Below, one piece after another: positions 24,890 to 40,190 of a DNA stretch of 64,000 bases. Source of the stretch: Eledone cirrhosa (Eukaryota); assembly GCA_964016885.1 (NCBI GenBank), contig CAXHJY010001324.1, forward strand, positions 5,347-69,346. Direction: 5' to 3'. The notes under the pieces are model-generated. The model was not told the origin of the DNA. It searched no databases and was given only the letters and a program-made list of their open reading frames with translations. Position numbers and translations under genes: made by a program. How positions within the stretch are numbered: the stretch's first letter is position 1; each line of letters begins with the position of its first letter.

Positions 24890-25040
24890 TATTCTGTGAC
24901 TTCGACAAAAAAGAGCTCGTTAAGATGAGTACCAGACTAAAGACAAAAAAAAAACAACTAGTATCGAAACGATCGACTAAATCTTTTCGACTTTGTGCCC
25001 CAGCACAGCTGGAATCAAGATTTGAAACCAGTAAAAGAAT
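24890..25040 (+). mobile_element. SINE remnant (cephalopod-type)
   Basis: GATCGACTAAATC..TGCCCCAGCAC..GAAACCAGTAAAAGAAT; inverted homology to 25545-25600. Confidence 0.5.
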
Positions 25041-25544
25041 ATACATATGCACGTACTGACAGAGAGACATACAGGCAGACATACAGAAGTTTGATCTGAT
25101 GATTCTTAACTGAATTGGTTTCAACAGCTCCCAGTTGAGATAATATCAAGCGTTGTTAGCCGACAGACAGAGTCAGAAAGCAGAAACTGAAGGAAATTGC
25201 CCAACAGCAATGATTGCACTATCAATGCTATTTAATACAATTCGAATTGTAAAAATAATAACGAAACACCTCGTAAACTTCTAAGAACTTGGCAACAGTG
25301 AATAGTAGTAATATATCATATTTAACTAGTTAGTCCATTAATCCTTTTAAAGTGATGTTAGGTATAGAGTAACACAGTTATTCGGTTAAAGCGATAGCTA
25401 TAATTGAGATTGCTAAACTGTTAGTAGAAGATATATTCCATACACTTACATTCTGTTTCTCTAGCTATCAGATTTATTCAATTAATCTGATCAATAAATT
25501 CACTCTCTTATTGCAGCCAACCAAATACTTACACCAAGGCAATT

Positions 25545-25890
25545 TATTTTACTGGTTTCGGCCATTAGACTGCGACCATGCTGGGGCACTGCCTTTAAGG
25601 GATTTAGTCAATCATATCAAACCAAGTACATATTTTTTTAATCAAGTATGGTACTTTTTGTCGAACCACAACGTTACCGGACATAATTCAAGACACACCC
25701 ACGCACGCACGCACGCACGCACGCACGCGCGACGGTCTTTCTTACAGGTTCTACCTACCAATTTTTACTCGCAACATTTTGGTCAAGTCAAGTCTATAGT
25801 GGAAGGTACTTTTCCCAAGGCACCACGTAGTGGAACTGGCCCTGAAATCACGTAGTTGCGAGGCGAACTCCTTATACATACAACCGTGCC
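25545..25890 (-). mobile_element. SINE remnant (cephalopod-type)
   Basis: ACTGGTTTCGGCCATTAGACTGCGACCATGCTGGGGCAC..CCCAAGGCACCACGTAGTGG.. with a degenerate tRNA-like head on the minus strand. Confidence 0.55.
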
Positions 25891-26479
25891 TGTGCTTGTA
25901 TATACTTATCGAACTGGGTTATCTTCAGATAGTAAAATCACCAATGCTCGACGTAGTTGCTCCACCTGTTACACATACGCGAAGAGCACCGATTTTCCGG
26001 TATCTGATGATCAGGTGCCTCTTCTTATTTGGATATAATTATGAGTGGACGCTTAAAGTTTGAGTGACTCCTCAGACTAGATAACTCATATTAGTAGGAA
26101 ACTGTACGGTGTTACATTTAATTATACATATGTGTGTCAGCATAAGAACTAAAACAGTTTGCGGATACTCCCTTCCTTCACTCACTAAACAGTAAAAAAA
26201 AATATTGATCTAATTATTTCATTTAAAAGAATTATCATTTTACTGTTTAGTGAAAGCTATCAGATCAGGCGCTATCTTTATCACGTAACTGTTCTGTTTT
26301 TTACAGCAGAAGTCAGGAATATATTAAGATGACCGATTCTAACAACATTTCCTAACCTTTAGTTGGCTAGGCTTGCCATATTGTGTATCAGATAATCCTA
26401 CATCTACTGATCTGAATCGCTAATTCAATATAATTTAAATGTCTGTACATTATTACGATTGTATTTTATATGTTTAAGC

Positions 26480-27058
26480 AGTCAGACAAAGATACAACTG
26501 TTCACCTTTAGCTCACAATAGATATTGAAATTTCATGGCATTGTTGTCAAAGAGAATATTCTTTTCTTCTTCGTAACATTAAAAAACAATCCAAAATTTT
26601 AAAACTCCAATATCAACTAATGACACATCAGATTGCACTTTTTATTTATATTTTCTCAATAAATGTAATACACTTTAAAATGCCAACCATTGATCGTTAC
26701 TCTATACAGTCATTGTTCATTTATTTCATTTATAAACCGTTCCAATGATAGGATATTTTGAGACAGAACATTATATTGTTGTTACGAGATCAGTTTCGGT
26801 TGTGTTGATATGTCAAATGTGAAATAATCTATTTGGGGATTTTCAATATACTTCCCAGAGACTACAAAATAATTTTTGTTTTATTGGCGACCCATGCAAG
26901 CAAGTTAGTATTGATCCAAAATATAGGCATTTCAATTAAACTGTATTAGTAATAAACCTTGGCAAATCATGAATGCCATTAATCATGCGTGTGTTTGAAA
27001 CATTGTATTAGTGTTAGAAATTAATATATAACAAGTTAAAATCAGCCATTATACCATG

Positions 27059-27090
<32 letters not shown>

Positions 27091-27130
27091 CAGGTTGAGT
27101 CATAAGTAACCGAGCAGTTCAACATTATAT
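26480..27130. mobile_element. Possible Tc1/mariner relic
   Basis: W..LK.VY-like trace on the minus strand near 26670-26695 and a TA-CAGGTTGAGTCATAAG terminus-like sequence at 27089. Heavily decayed. Confidence 0.3.
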
Positions 27131-28181
27131 TCCAAATGATATTTACTAAAGTCCTGGTCATGTAGTACGACATTATAAATACATCAAATAAATGTTGTTA
27201 AAAAAATATAACTAAAGTAAGATGGCCCCGTTCCTCAACACATTTTGAAGCGAATGTTCAAAAAGTTTATACTCAATAAAAATAAGGATCATTTTGTTTA
27301 AATACCTCTACCTAGCATTTTAAAAGTGATTCCCCATGCCTTTTAATGAAATCTGACCATGGGTACAGGAAACACGAATGTCCTTAAAATCTCTTCTATC
27401 AAAAGAAAGATGGATATGTTTACTCACCCACACTCCTTCTTTCGTATATTTGCACATCTATTCATATGCACACACACACAAATGAGACAACCGCACTTAA
27501 ACACACATACATTATCTGAAGGCGAAAATTTTTGAATTATTATTCTTAGTATCGAAATAGTCAAATATGTATTACTTTTCATATATATATATATATTGGG
27601 TACTTCGTGAACTGAAATGTAAAATCTCTCTCTCTCTCTCCATATATATATATATACTCTCATCCTCTTACCCTTACAACACACACAGTCTATATTTTAC
27701 TTACGCACGATGTTCTTTAAAATTGTCCATTCATATAAGATACCATTTGAATAAATTATATTTCTATTGTGTTTTACAAATTATGTATTCCGTCTATACG
27801 GAAATTATCATAGGTTTTAATGTATCACAAAACTTCCATATTAGCTTGCACACATTACTGGCATTAAATTTATCTTAATCCAACCTCAGGTCTTCTATTA
27901 ACTGTTGTTAGGTTTTGTTGAGGTATATAGCTTTTCTCTGAAAATATAAATATTAAGAAAACATTTTAAGAATCACCAAAGGTCAAAGCTGATTCTAATA
28001 GGAATACCATTTATTTAATACTGCAAGAACACAAACATGTAGACACACATTGAAAATAAAATGGAATGGTTTGGTTAGCACGCACTGATATTTTTATCTC
28101 TCCCTGGAGTATAAAATAAAAGCATTAGCTATTTTCCTTTAACAGTGCATGTATTTGTATATAAGCAAAAATCTTTACATT

Positions 28182-28218
<37 letters not shown>

Positions 28219-28739
28219 GGTATATTAGCTTCAACGTATGTGTGTGTGTATGTAAATATATGTATATATGTCTTTCAATTCTCTCTCACCACTCACAATT
28301 TTTCATCAGCCCTAAAACTGCATTAACTACAGTCACCTCTTTTGCTTTTGTGTGTTTTACACACATGATATTTGAGACGTGAAAATATCACCCGTTCGCC
28401 ATATGACAGTTAAATAGGTGAATGAATGATGCATTTTTAAGGGTCTGATAGCAACATATCAAGTCTTAAAACTATTTCGATGTGTTTGTATTTTTGCCTA
28501 TATATATTGTCACGTTGTTTCTTTTCTACAATCGACATGAAGTTCAGTGTAATGATTCAATATGCTTGAATGCACACACGCACATCCACTTGATAAATAC
28601 GTGGTATGTCGGATATGTATGTATGTGTATGCATTTACTTTACGATAAAGATATCAAATGCAAGAATTACAGGAGCTAGTGAAGTAATACGAAGGAATGT
28701 AGGTGTAAAAGTCCAACTCACTATCTTCAGTTCGGTATT

Positions 28740-29085
28740 CGTGCCTGTGGTCATGAGTCCTGGGTAATGACCGAAAGAATACGATCGTAAATACAAGCGG
28801 CCGAAACGGGGTTCCCCCGAAGGCTCCTTTCTGTAACGTTACTCGATAGAGTGCGTAGCTCAGAGAGCCGCTACTTTTCCAAATACAGAGATCACAGCTC
28901 CGATACTACGGGCATGTGGTTAGAAAAAATTCGTTGGACCGATGTTACGGCCAAACCAGCTGACAGGAGACTCAAGGGTAGACTCGCAGATAGATGGGTG
29001 GATAACATGCATAAGCTCGGCTGGTTTCACTTGGGCATCCAGCCAGATCAATTGGAGACGGTTGCCGTTTTTTTATTGATGTATA
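28740..29085 (+). pseudogene. RTE-clade LINE C-terminal remnant
   Basis: Translates as GHESWVMTERIRS*IQAAETGFPRR .. RRLKGRLADRWVD, typical of the RTE post-RT region. Confidence 0.75.
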
Positions 29086-29563
29086 AGGGGTGGCTGAATT
29101 AACATGTTACCCTCTTTAACGTATATGTGGTAGACTTAATTCTGGATGTTAGACGTAAATTCCTACCCCGGTTTAAGAGCATCTCTCGGTATCTCTGAGG
29201 CCCTGAAAAGCGTGATGGTTGCTGTTCTTCCTTCCCTTACAATGCAGTAAAAAATAGAGAAATAAAGATGCTGATAAATCATTGAATATTATAAATCATT
29301 ACTGACAGATCATTGAATGGTATCGTGTTGAAGTAATATTAAGAATATAATGTGTTGCCTTTTACTTCAGTCCGATTTCCAGTAAATTCTTTAATATATT
29401 TCTTCTGACGAGGTAAACGTGTCAATTAGATAAAGTTTTCAAAAATGCTAAGATATTGTGAAACATTTGATTATTTGTCTCTTCAATCACGGTACCGATT
29501 ACTGGTTATATAATAAGTTTCTTAGGAAATCTATTGTTCTCTCTCTCTCTGCTTCTCAATGCC

Positions 29564-29606
<43 letters not shown>

Positions 29607-30789
29607 TGGAAAATTACGTTTTGCTCAGTGATTCAAAACGCTCCACCGGAATATGAGAATTACATAGTTCAATCCCCTGTAGTGACTGCCGACTCATTTG
29701 GGAGTTCTGGGACATAATTTATATTAACGAATGAATTTCTTTGAATTTTAGCAGTTTGTTTTAAGTTTATGGTTGTATCGTTACAGATGTGGACATTTGC
29801 AGCGATTCTTTTAGTTTTGAAGCTGGAGGCATTTCTAAATTAGTTCGCTAACTGCTCATTTCTTTTTTTTTTGTTTGCGGTATCGTCAACTGACGCTTGG
29901 CTTTGAAATTCTACACATAAAGCGATCCTGTTAAATTATTGTAAACTTTCGCAGGTCGAAAAGCCACGTATGTGCTGTTACATGCTTAAGACGTCCTACG
30001 CTCTATTTTTGCCTCCGTTTTCATTCTGCCGTAGAGATGGATCCCTATCTTATCAGCTAGGTTAGCTGTACCAAGTAAGAGATGTTAGTTGATATGCAAC
30101 AGTAGCCGACAACATGAAGGCTATATAATCAAATTCATTTTTTCAGCTGTCTTCTACAAACATTACTATCACAAGGAAAATTATGTCTATTAAATTTCCG
30201 TACTTTTCCTACAAGGAATTGACCAAGCTATGGGCAAGCCCTACTCTACAACATTTGCAATCTAATAACTAAAAAACCTATAATGTATTTACGCTAAATT
30301 GTAGCTATCGACAGACAATATTTGATATATATTATTCTAAGGAATGGAGTGCATCTTCTTAATTTTATCAGTTTTCTTTTTTTTCGGAAATTTCTTGAAA
30401 CGTAAGATGTAGGATAAGAAATAATGTTTTTACCGAGTGTTAGAATATATTGCGTACTTACTGTAAACATACAAATACAAAAGAGGTAATGTATTTTCCT
30501 TGGAATAAATATATTTTGAAAAAACTAAATCTAATGACAGAGAGAAAGAGAGGTGGGAGGAATGAAAATTGGGAGAAAGTGTGTATGTGAATGAGAGAGT
30601 GAGTAGGATATCTTTTGTAGATAGTTTTCAAACAACCATGGCGTGTGAACTAAATCGATTATGATGTAATGTGTAAAGAATTCAATGCGGCGTCCACTCA
30701 TAGAATAACACAAACAATTGATCAAGGAATGGTACTGTGTTTGTTGTCAAGATATTTCTTTGGAGTTTTCTGAGATGTCCATGGTAGTT

Positions 30790-31160
30790 GATGCCCGTGG
30801 GAGGAGAGTTCAAATGTCGTATGGGGGAGTGATGTTGGACCTCCTTCGGTTACGATGACGAGTGTTTTAATTGAATTGATCAACGGGACAGTCTGCTCTT
30901 CAAAATAAACGTGAAAGTGGCTGAGTATTCCACAGACATGCGTACACTGTGATCCCAGGGAGATTCAGCCTGCCACAAATTGTGACAAGGTTGTCCATTT
31001 GAATTACTGTTATAACACAATTTTGTCAGATAATTAGATTGGAGCAGCGTGAAATAATGTCTTCTTCAATAACACAATGCGCCTTCTTGTCGGGAATCGA
31101 ATTTATTATATGATGATCGTTGGCTCTCTGTCCTAAACACCAAGCCACGCGCCTTCACAG
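30790..31160 (-). mobile_element. SINE family B-like, old copy
   Basis: GGAGCAGCGTGAAATAA..GGGAATCGAA..CCTAAACACCAAGCCACGCGCCT. Confidence 0.6.
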
Positions 31161-32369
31161 TGACTGCTGTACAGCCGCCACAGAATGGTGTCTAAATTAG
31201 GCTCAAGCTGAACATATTTTTGCGAAGCACTACTTGATTAGTGCTTTAACTTACCTATCGCGCAATAGTGAAAGGCAAGGTTGATCAAGGCATCTTTTAA
31301 ACTCAGAAAGTAAAGAGCTTGAATAAATACCGCTGAGCATTTTGTTCGATATTCTACCGATACTAATCTATTCGGTGATTTTACTGTGAATTTTAAATAC
31401 GTGATGTGCATGGATACATGTCATCTATTCAAGATCCAACTAATAAACAACTGCAGAGATGACTATCCTTCTATAAACAGGAGTCAAATTCTTACAAAGA
31501 CAAGGTACAAATCCAGCCACAGAGTTAACATTCAGCTCTTGATGGTACTAACTTGATTCAGCCGAGGGAACTGGAACAACGTGATTTAAGTGCCTTACAC
31601 TAAGACACGATGATGATTTTCCAAGGAAACAGAAACTATAGGTATTTTGTTAACCCCGATTATTCAGCTGTTCGTTCTAAGAAACAAGCTTAGGTCTTTA
31701 TGATCACGAGCCTCGAACATACAAACTAGATTCACCTTCACCATGGCGATAAAAAAAAAGTATTTGTTAGTCCGTACTTAACCCACAAGTGAATCTCCTG
31801 AGTAACAAGACTCATTACTTAGTCATTGAAGAATATTATTAAACGTTACTTCGGTATTGCGTACTCATTCTCACAGCCATCTACATCACATGAAAGAGCC
31901 AGCTAGTTAGATGGCAGGCTAAACAGAGAAGGCTAATTTCTGTTATGAATGAAATAATTCTATATTTAGAATATGTGCATGTTGCATTTAGTCTCCTATT
32001 TGTGTTCCATGAATTCGAAATTAAATGTTATAACGTTTTTGAGAGACTATCGTGTTCGTGTGACAGACTGACAAAAAGGCCTTATGGTTATTACAATAAA
32101 TATTGAATTATATTAATACTGTTAGAATTTAAAAAAATCTCAAAAACTTTAAAGTACTACTATAACGGTGAATTAAGTAATTTAACTGAACTAATGAAGC
32201 TATACACAACATTAACTATATAGTTCATTAGTAAACTACTCGTAAAAAAGTATTTAGTTCTTTTTCAAATCATGTTCAGTACTTATGTTTGTAGAAACAG
32301 TGGAGCTAACTTCCAATGTAATTAATGTCTTTCACATTACAAATAGAACATATTTGCAGAACGATAATA

Positions 32370-32512
32370 ATAATTGTTTCTACTTTTGGCACAAGGCCAG
32401 CAATTTGAAGGGAACGGGCTAAGTCGATTAAATCGACCAAAGTGTGTTACTGGTATGTCTTTATCGACCCCCGTAACGATGAAAGGCAAAGCTAACCACG
32501 GCGGGATTTGAT
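32370..32512 (-). mobile_element. SINE family A, 5'-truncated
   Basis: Tail and core on the minus strand, head-to-head with the next copy. Confidence 0.85.
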
Positions 32513-32548
32513 ATGAAGAATAAAAATAAAGCAATATTATTAATCCAT

Positions 32549-32738
32549 GGCGGTGAATTGGCAGTATCGGTAGAGGGTCGGATACCATGCTTTGACGCAT
32601 AGAGTTACGGCCCTTGCCATTCTGAGTTCAAATCCAGCCGAGGTTAACTTTACCTTTCATCCTTACGGGGTCGATAAAATAAAGTACCAGTAATGCACTA
32701 GGTAATTGCTGGCCTTGTGCCAAAAGTAGAAACAATTA
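32549..32738 (+). mobile_element. SINE family A, full copy with TSD
   Basis: TSD ATTATTAATCC at 32536-32546 and 32735-32745. Confidence 0.92.
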
Positions 32739-35737
32739 TTAATCCTTGTCAGTGTTAATATAAACAATATGGATAAAGTGTGTATGTCGGAGAAGGTATG
32801 TGGACGTATGTTTGACTGATAGAGAATCTAAATATAATCATAAAATTACTAAATTGCCAGACATTTCTATTAATGAAAAACATTTTCACACAGAAAGCAT
32901 AATCAAGACACATGCGTATGCATACACACAGACACGCGCGCGCACACACACACACTGAGATAGACAGACAGGCATAATGCATCCATATACGCACATATAT
33001 AAATGTTTACATACATTTATATGTATTTGTGTGTATGTACATATATGTATAAACATACATGTATGTATTCATATAAACATGCATAAACATACATAGGTCT
33101 CTCTCTGTACGTATCTATGTGTGTATAAATTTAAATTAGAAATGATAGAAAAAATGTTAAACTGCTGATTTTACATGCTATAGAAAGAGCAAATACATTT
33201 AAGAATAGTCGTGTTCTTGAAATTGCCGCAAATATAAACACTTTGGTACATTAAAATATATTGATCTCTGACTGTTTAATGTAAATGACTTATTTTTAAG
33301 TTTCATACTCTATACATTCAGTTTTTAAATTCCTATTTGTTTAATGTATGTAAAATATTGTATAGCGAAACTTTAAGACTTATATAGCCGCCATTAATAT
33401 CTATTCAGCTTCTATTAAAATATCAATTTCATTGAAAAGAAGAAAAAAATATAATTCAAAAAGAGACAAGAATTTAAGATATGTTTGAATGTAGAGTAAC
33501 AGATAAATAACTGAAACTATCGAAGTTTCATACAATCCCATACAAGAGCTTAAATCACAAGAATATCATAACAATATACTTGAAAAATATTCTTTAAAAA
33601 AAAAAAGAAATAAAAGCAACTGCTGCTCCAGCATACTTATGTTAAGATAGTTTTGAAGAACTTCAGATATACAAAAAAAAAAAAATATTCGGTTCTCTTT
33701 CATTTATGTACTTGTAATTTAAAAAAAGATATATATATTGTCCAAGAATTCACTTTAAATATTTTCAAGTAAAGAAAAGAAACTATAAAAATATAACCTT
33801 AAAATGTCTGATGTAACTTTGTATATTTTTATATATTCATTTTGTATTACTTAAAGATATTTTAAGAGCTGTCTGGAAGCTCTTGATCTTTTGGTTCTTA
33901 AGTGCTAAAATTGTGCTATGATCATGTTTATGGAATATAGTTTTTTGCGTATGGTTGTAAAAGTTGTAAGAGACATGTAGCAGTTAATTGTGAAGAAAAA
34001 GTAGATAAATTGAAGCAGAAATATTTCAAGTAAAAGAATGAAATAACTTCTGATTGAGATTAAAAAATGAAGCAAAATATATTAGTTTCACTCTTTCTAT
34101 ACCCCCAGAAACATATCAGGCACAAGTGTTTTTGCTTTTATTTTATCCATCTAGCATTTTATCAATTTTATAAAAAAAGAGAACGTATATGTTATTTTTA
34201 TAAAGTAAAGGAACATTTAACGAAATATCAATTTGATTTCATTGAAACATCAACATTTATACATTTTATATAAACAGAAAAAATTATGTATATCTATAAA
34301 GTTAAACTATATTCATAAGTTATTTGTCACTTAATTATGCATTTTATAAAAATAACTTTGGAACTGAGAGTAGTAGTATTAACATATTTCATAATAATAT
34401 ATTCATATTTCAACTAATTCAATGTTTAGCACGGTTTTTAAATGTGAGAAAGAGGAAACGTGAATGTGAAAGAATGCATTTTGAAATAGGTTTTGTCTGT
34501 AAAATTGAAATAAATGGGAGGACGTATTCTTTCAGACAAGCTAGGAACCCGTTGGAAAAAAAGATATACACATCACACGAGATAAGAACGGATATATTTT
34601 TAAGTGGAGGCATCAAGAAGAAATTACTTATGGTTAGTTTGATAAACTTGAGAGAGAATTAGCTAAACAAAAATTACATTAGTGTTATTCAGTGTCATAT
34701 TAGATTTGCTAACAGTTTTTCAAAATTGAGATCACTTTAGTTATGTTGCTCTTTAAACAGTGACGTTCTTAGGATTGCGTTCCTTCCAGTTAGATTTCAC
34801 GAATAAGATTGCCCATAAATAGTTTGAATAGGTAATGTTATTTGTAAGAGTGAAATGAAGATATTTAACTTGAAGAATCTAACGTCTCCGCTGAAAGCGG
34901 TAAATAGTGTGTCTTTCGCATATAGCACAACGCATAAGTACATAAGTTGAAAGTACTACATATCATTTTTAAATATTTCTGTAGAGACCCACACGGAAGT
35001 GTCAATCTCGGCTGCAGTGAATGTATTCTGAAGGCACTGTCTGCTGATGTTGTTTATTTTCTATTATCAAATGCATGTTTCTTTAGTAGCAAGCTCTTGC
35101 TTCTCTCTACCTCTTAAACACACACCTAGTTCCAGCCTCTAGCAAAAACAACCACTAGCAACAGCCACTTCATCTTTGGCGTTACTGTTCAATGACTTTA
35201 TGTCTCTCTTGTAGATATCTTTGAAATAAATGATGTCACTCATGAGCTGCCCTGCCAGAAGGCAGCGAATCGGAGAGTGTAGGACTTTCAGCATCCTTCC
35301 ATGTGATCGGAAGTGTATTTGACTGATAGATTTTGTATGCGGAGCATTTTTGTAGAGACCTTCCTTGCTGGTTGTAATGATGGAATAGTAAAGGAGGTTG
35401 TGGCAGACAGCCATGAAAATGCAATAGATAAAGGACATTTAAACAATATATAAAATATAAAAATATATTTTATTAAATTTTCCTAGGTGACATAAAGATA
35501 TTTACCAATAGTGTATGCAAATTTGTTTAAACATTTGTTGTGAAGAGTATAGGTAAAATATTCAAATAAATGTACTTTATAAATCAAATAAATCTATCTC
35601 CACAGTGTGTTCACTATTATTGTTGACAGAGACATTGTAGGACATCGTATATTAAATTAATTTCATATTTGGTTTCTAGTTATGAATTTAATATATATTT
35701 ATTGGAATAAGAAAGTGTGTTTGTTTGTATGTATGTA

Positions 35738-35778
<41 letters not shown>

Positions 35779-36625
35779 GTATATAATAAAGTAGCAGTTT
35801 ATCCTATGATGGCATACAATTTAATAAAAGATAAAACACTATCTGATATAAAAGTTTCCAAAAGAGGAGAATTTTAGATATTATTAGGTTTTAAATGGCG
35901 GTCCTGATTAAAAATAAAACTATATATCTCTCTCTCTCTTTGTATATACACTCAAACACTAAATCAAATCCAGTTCACTTGTGTTTGCCTTACTTATAAA
36001 TATAACGGAAAGTCAATAGCTTAAGTAGACAAAAGGTAGAGTATATTTACTGTTACAAGAAACTGATGAAAATAAAAAAAAATAGAAATATGATAAACAG
36101 TGATTAGATTTACATTTTCAAATGTTGTAGTTTTTCCTCTTTGTTTCAGGTAATAAACATATTTTGTCTAACTTTAACTTGGTGTAGAGAAAGGCAAACA
36201 CATATTCATGGAAAGATTGTACATTACATTTGTCATACTGGTATGGTTTACTTTCCTTCTTTCTTCTTCTCCCTTAAAAGTAGCTATTTTGTTTGTATTA
36301 TTGAAATTATTGAAAAAAAATGCTTATTTATTCATTTTTAATATTCTTTGAATGTGGAATATATCCCCCTGAAGTCAGTTTAGCAAATGGCAAGTGACAG
36401 TCGATATTAAACATGTCCCCTAGATACGATAATGCATGCATATTTATATCATTTGCCTATAGGGCAAATTATAGTCTATTCTTTGTTTAAACGGTATTAC
36501 ATATATCAAACTATTATTTTTCGAAACGACAAAACGTTAGTTTAAGCAGCTATTTAGGCCGTTGAACGAGAATATTATTGTTCTTTTTATTGCACTATCA
36601 TGCAAGTACATTATTTAATTTTAGA

Positions 36626-36813
36626 GGCGGTGGATTGGCAGTATCGGTAGAGGGTCGGACGCCATGCTTTCCAGCATAGTTACGTCCCTTTATGATCTGA
36701 GTTCAAATCCCGCCGAGGTTGACTTTGCCTTTCATCCTTACAGGGTCGATAAAATAAAGTACCAGTAATGCACTGGGTAATTGCTGGCCTTGTGCCTAAA
36801 GTAGAAACAATTA
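36626..36813 (+). mobile_element. SINE family A, full young copy with a 16-bp TSD
   Basis: A box TGGCAGTATCGG, B box GAGTTCAAATCC, core GCCTTTCATCCTTAC.GGGTCGATAAAATAAAGTACCAG. TSD ATTATTTAATTTTAGA at 36610-36625 and 36810-36825. Confidence 0.95.
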
Positions 36814-37682
36814 TTTAATTTTAGAATTTGTAGTTAAACATGAATGATATATAGTTAAAATAAATTGAAAATATACAATCTTTTTATGCTACCTTACATA
36901 AATATCGATGGTAAACAGACGTATATGAAAGATATTTAACTTCATTCAAACCCACGAATTTGTCGAAATAGTATTTAACAACTGATGCTTACAATGCAAT
37001 ATATACACGTATACTACAATGGAGTGTGTCTGACAGAACTCGTGTGCATTAAATCAATATTCATAATATGATTCTGAGCTCAGTACTAAAAGCTACTGAA
37101 ATATTTGTTGAATATTGAACAGATAACTACGCCGCACCTCCATGGTGTATATTATCAGTTTGGTAAACTGGTAATTCGAAATTGAATTATTTTCATTACG
37201 GATATAATGCAAAATTAGTTACCCAGATTATTATATTAGTACAGAATAAATATAATATATATGCACGTATAGGCACATAGTTATGCATGTACACTGAATC
37301 CTCAATCTAGGAAGTACTTTATAAAGACAACACCAGTAATTAAATGTAATATAACTCCATATTATAACTGAGAATCTATTTATTTTCATCTATAATTAAT
37401 TCAATAATTATGGTGGACGAAACTTTACCACTAATAAATCTGTGTCTCTTAAACGTCCATGTCTTGTTTTGATTTTTGTTAAAATTCCATGTGTGGAAAC
37501 ATAATTATAGAGTTGGAATACTTCTGTTGTCACATCAAAGCAATAAAAAAAAAAAAGCTAAAGTATAGGTTTCAGTAACAAACTGATTTCCTGTGTTAGA
37601 AAACGAAGAGGAGTTCCACCCGCAGAAGAAAATAAACATAGAAAGAATGTTTTAGTCTTCGTAGTATCGCGCGCTCTCTCTC

Positions 37683-37738
<56 letters not shown>

Positions 37739-37962
37739 TGCGTATTTTCCCCAAATGGTTTACTGAGCACAAATGCATTTTCTGCAAAAAAAATGTATTC
37801 CTTTTCTTCCACTTCTCATTCTCTATCTTTTTATTTCTTCTTTAGTTCTTCATCAGAAGATATAGTGAGAAATCAGAGTTCGAAACGAAACGTTGACTCT
37901 TTTACTACGATATTAAGCATTAAACTAATATATATCTTTATTGTACTGTATTGTTTGCTAGG

Positions 37963-37967
<5 letters not shown>

Positions 37968-38040
<73 letters not shown>

Positions 38041-38215
38041 CTCTCTCTCACTCTCTCATTCTCTCTCATTCTCTCTCTCACTCTCACTCTCTCACTCTCA
38101 CTCTCTCACACTCTCTCTCTCTCACTCTCTCTCTCACTCTCTCTCTCTCCCCCTCTCCCTCTCTCACTCTCTCTCTCTCACTCTCTCTCTCTCACTCTCT
38201 CCCTCTCCCACTGTC
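37968..38215. repeat. (CT)n/(CTCA)n polypyrimidine microsatellite
   Basis: Direct reading of the sequence. Confidence 0.95.
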
Positions 38216-39062
38216 TCTAGATCTACTTGTTTCGCTCTCTAATTTCACTATGCATCTACCTATCTCTTTTACATCATCTATACAGTTAACCATTAAAAAC
38301 CAAGCAATCAACCAAACGTCTATCGTTTTATGCCTTCTAATTCATGCCCTTTAATTTCTCTTTAAATGTTTATAACATAAGCAGATTCATAAAATACATT
38401 ATAACCATTACTGTCGAATAAATAAAGGTACAACTGGTGAATTATATTATTTCAATATCTCAACATACTGTTATCTCAACTCCTTACATTGGTATAAAGC
38501 ACATAAAACTACAGCAACTACCACAGCACCCACATCAAGATTACACATCTGCACAGGTACATATATCTTAAGAGAAAATATTATTATTGATCTTCACACT
38601 TTGGGTCAAAGGTGGATACTTTTATTCAGTTACCTATTCTTATTGATAGTTTCAACCAATGATTAAGTTATTTACAGAACTGAGTATACAGCAAGACAGA
38701 CTATCGTGGTATTCGTTATCTCATATTGGAAATAAGAGATAACGAATTCGTTTTAGATTTTTGTTGTTGTTCAAATAAACATTTCTTTTAATAAACAACG
38801 ACTGTGTGTGTGTGTGTGTGTGTGGTTCGTCTGATAGGCATTTTCTCTGTGTGTGTTTCCTATACAATCTTCAAATACATGAAAGACCATCAACAGTGAA
38901 GAAGCATCGAAGTGGAGAAATAATCAATAGATTGAAGTTATCTACAAAAAAATGTTTTTCAAAGACTCGCCCATCACTAACACAACACAACGATGGCTAG
39001 GTAGATAAATAATCTATTTATCTATATACGTGCGTCTGTGTGTGTGTGTGTGTGTATATATT

Positions 39063-40190
39063 GTGTGTATATATGTATATAGACGTGTGTATGTATATAT
39101 GTATATAGACGTGTGTATGTATATATGTATATAGACGTGTGTATGTATATATGTATATAGACGTGTGTATGTATATATGTATATAGACGTGTGTATGTAT
39201 ATATGTATATAGACGTGTGTATGTATATATGTATATAGACGTGTGTGTATGTATATATGTATATAGACGTGTGTGTATGTATATATGTATATAGACGTGT
39301 GTGTATGTATATATGTATATAGACGTGTGTGTGTGTATATATGTATATAGACGCGTGTGTGTGTATATATGTATATAGACGCGTGTGTGTGTATATATGT
39401 ATATAGACGTGTGTGTGTGTATATATGTATATAGACGTGTGTGTGTGTATATATGTATATAGACGTGTGTGTATGTATATATGTATATAGACGTGTGTGT
39501 ATGTATATATGTATATAGACGTGTGTGTATGTATATATGTATATAGACGTGTGTGTATGTATATATGTATATAGACGTGTGTGTATGTATATATGTATAT
39601 AGACGTGTGTGTATGTATATATGTATATAGACGTGTGTGTATGTATATATGTATATAGACGTGTGTGTATGTATATATGTATATAGACGTGTGTGTATGT
39701 ATATATGTATATAGACGTGTGTGTATGTATATATGTATATAGACGTGTGTGTATGTATATATGTATATAGACGTGTGTGTATGTATATATGTATATAGAC
39801 GTGTGTGTATGTATATATGTATATAGACGTGTGTGTATGTATATATGTATATAGACGTGTGTGTATGTATATATGTATATAGACGTGTGTGTATGTATAT
39901 ATGTATATAGACGTGTGTGTATGTATATATGTATATAGACGTGTGTGTATGTATATATGTATATAGACGTGTGTGTATGTATATATGTATATAGACGCGT
40001 GTGTATGTATATATGTATATAGACGCGTGTGTGTGTATATATGTATATAGACGCGTGTGTGTGTATATATGTATATAGACGCGTGTGTGTGTATATATGT
40101 ATATAGACGCGTGTGTGTGTATATATGTATATAGACGTGTGTGTGTGTATATATGTATATAGACGTGTGTGTGTGTATACATGTATATAG
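39063..40190. repeat. 26/28-bp minisatellite (AGACGTGTGT[GT]ATGTATATATGTATAT)n, about 40 units
   Basis: Direct reading. Variant units occur in blocks. Confidence 0.95.

Noticed and set aside
34980-35440. Possible piggyBac-like transposase relic on the minus strand
   Set aside because: Only vague Cys/His traces. Cannot be supported without a search.
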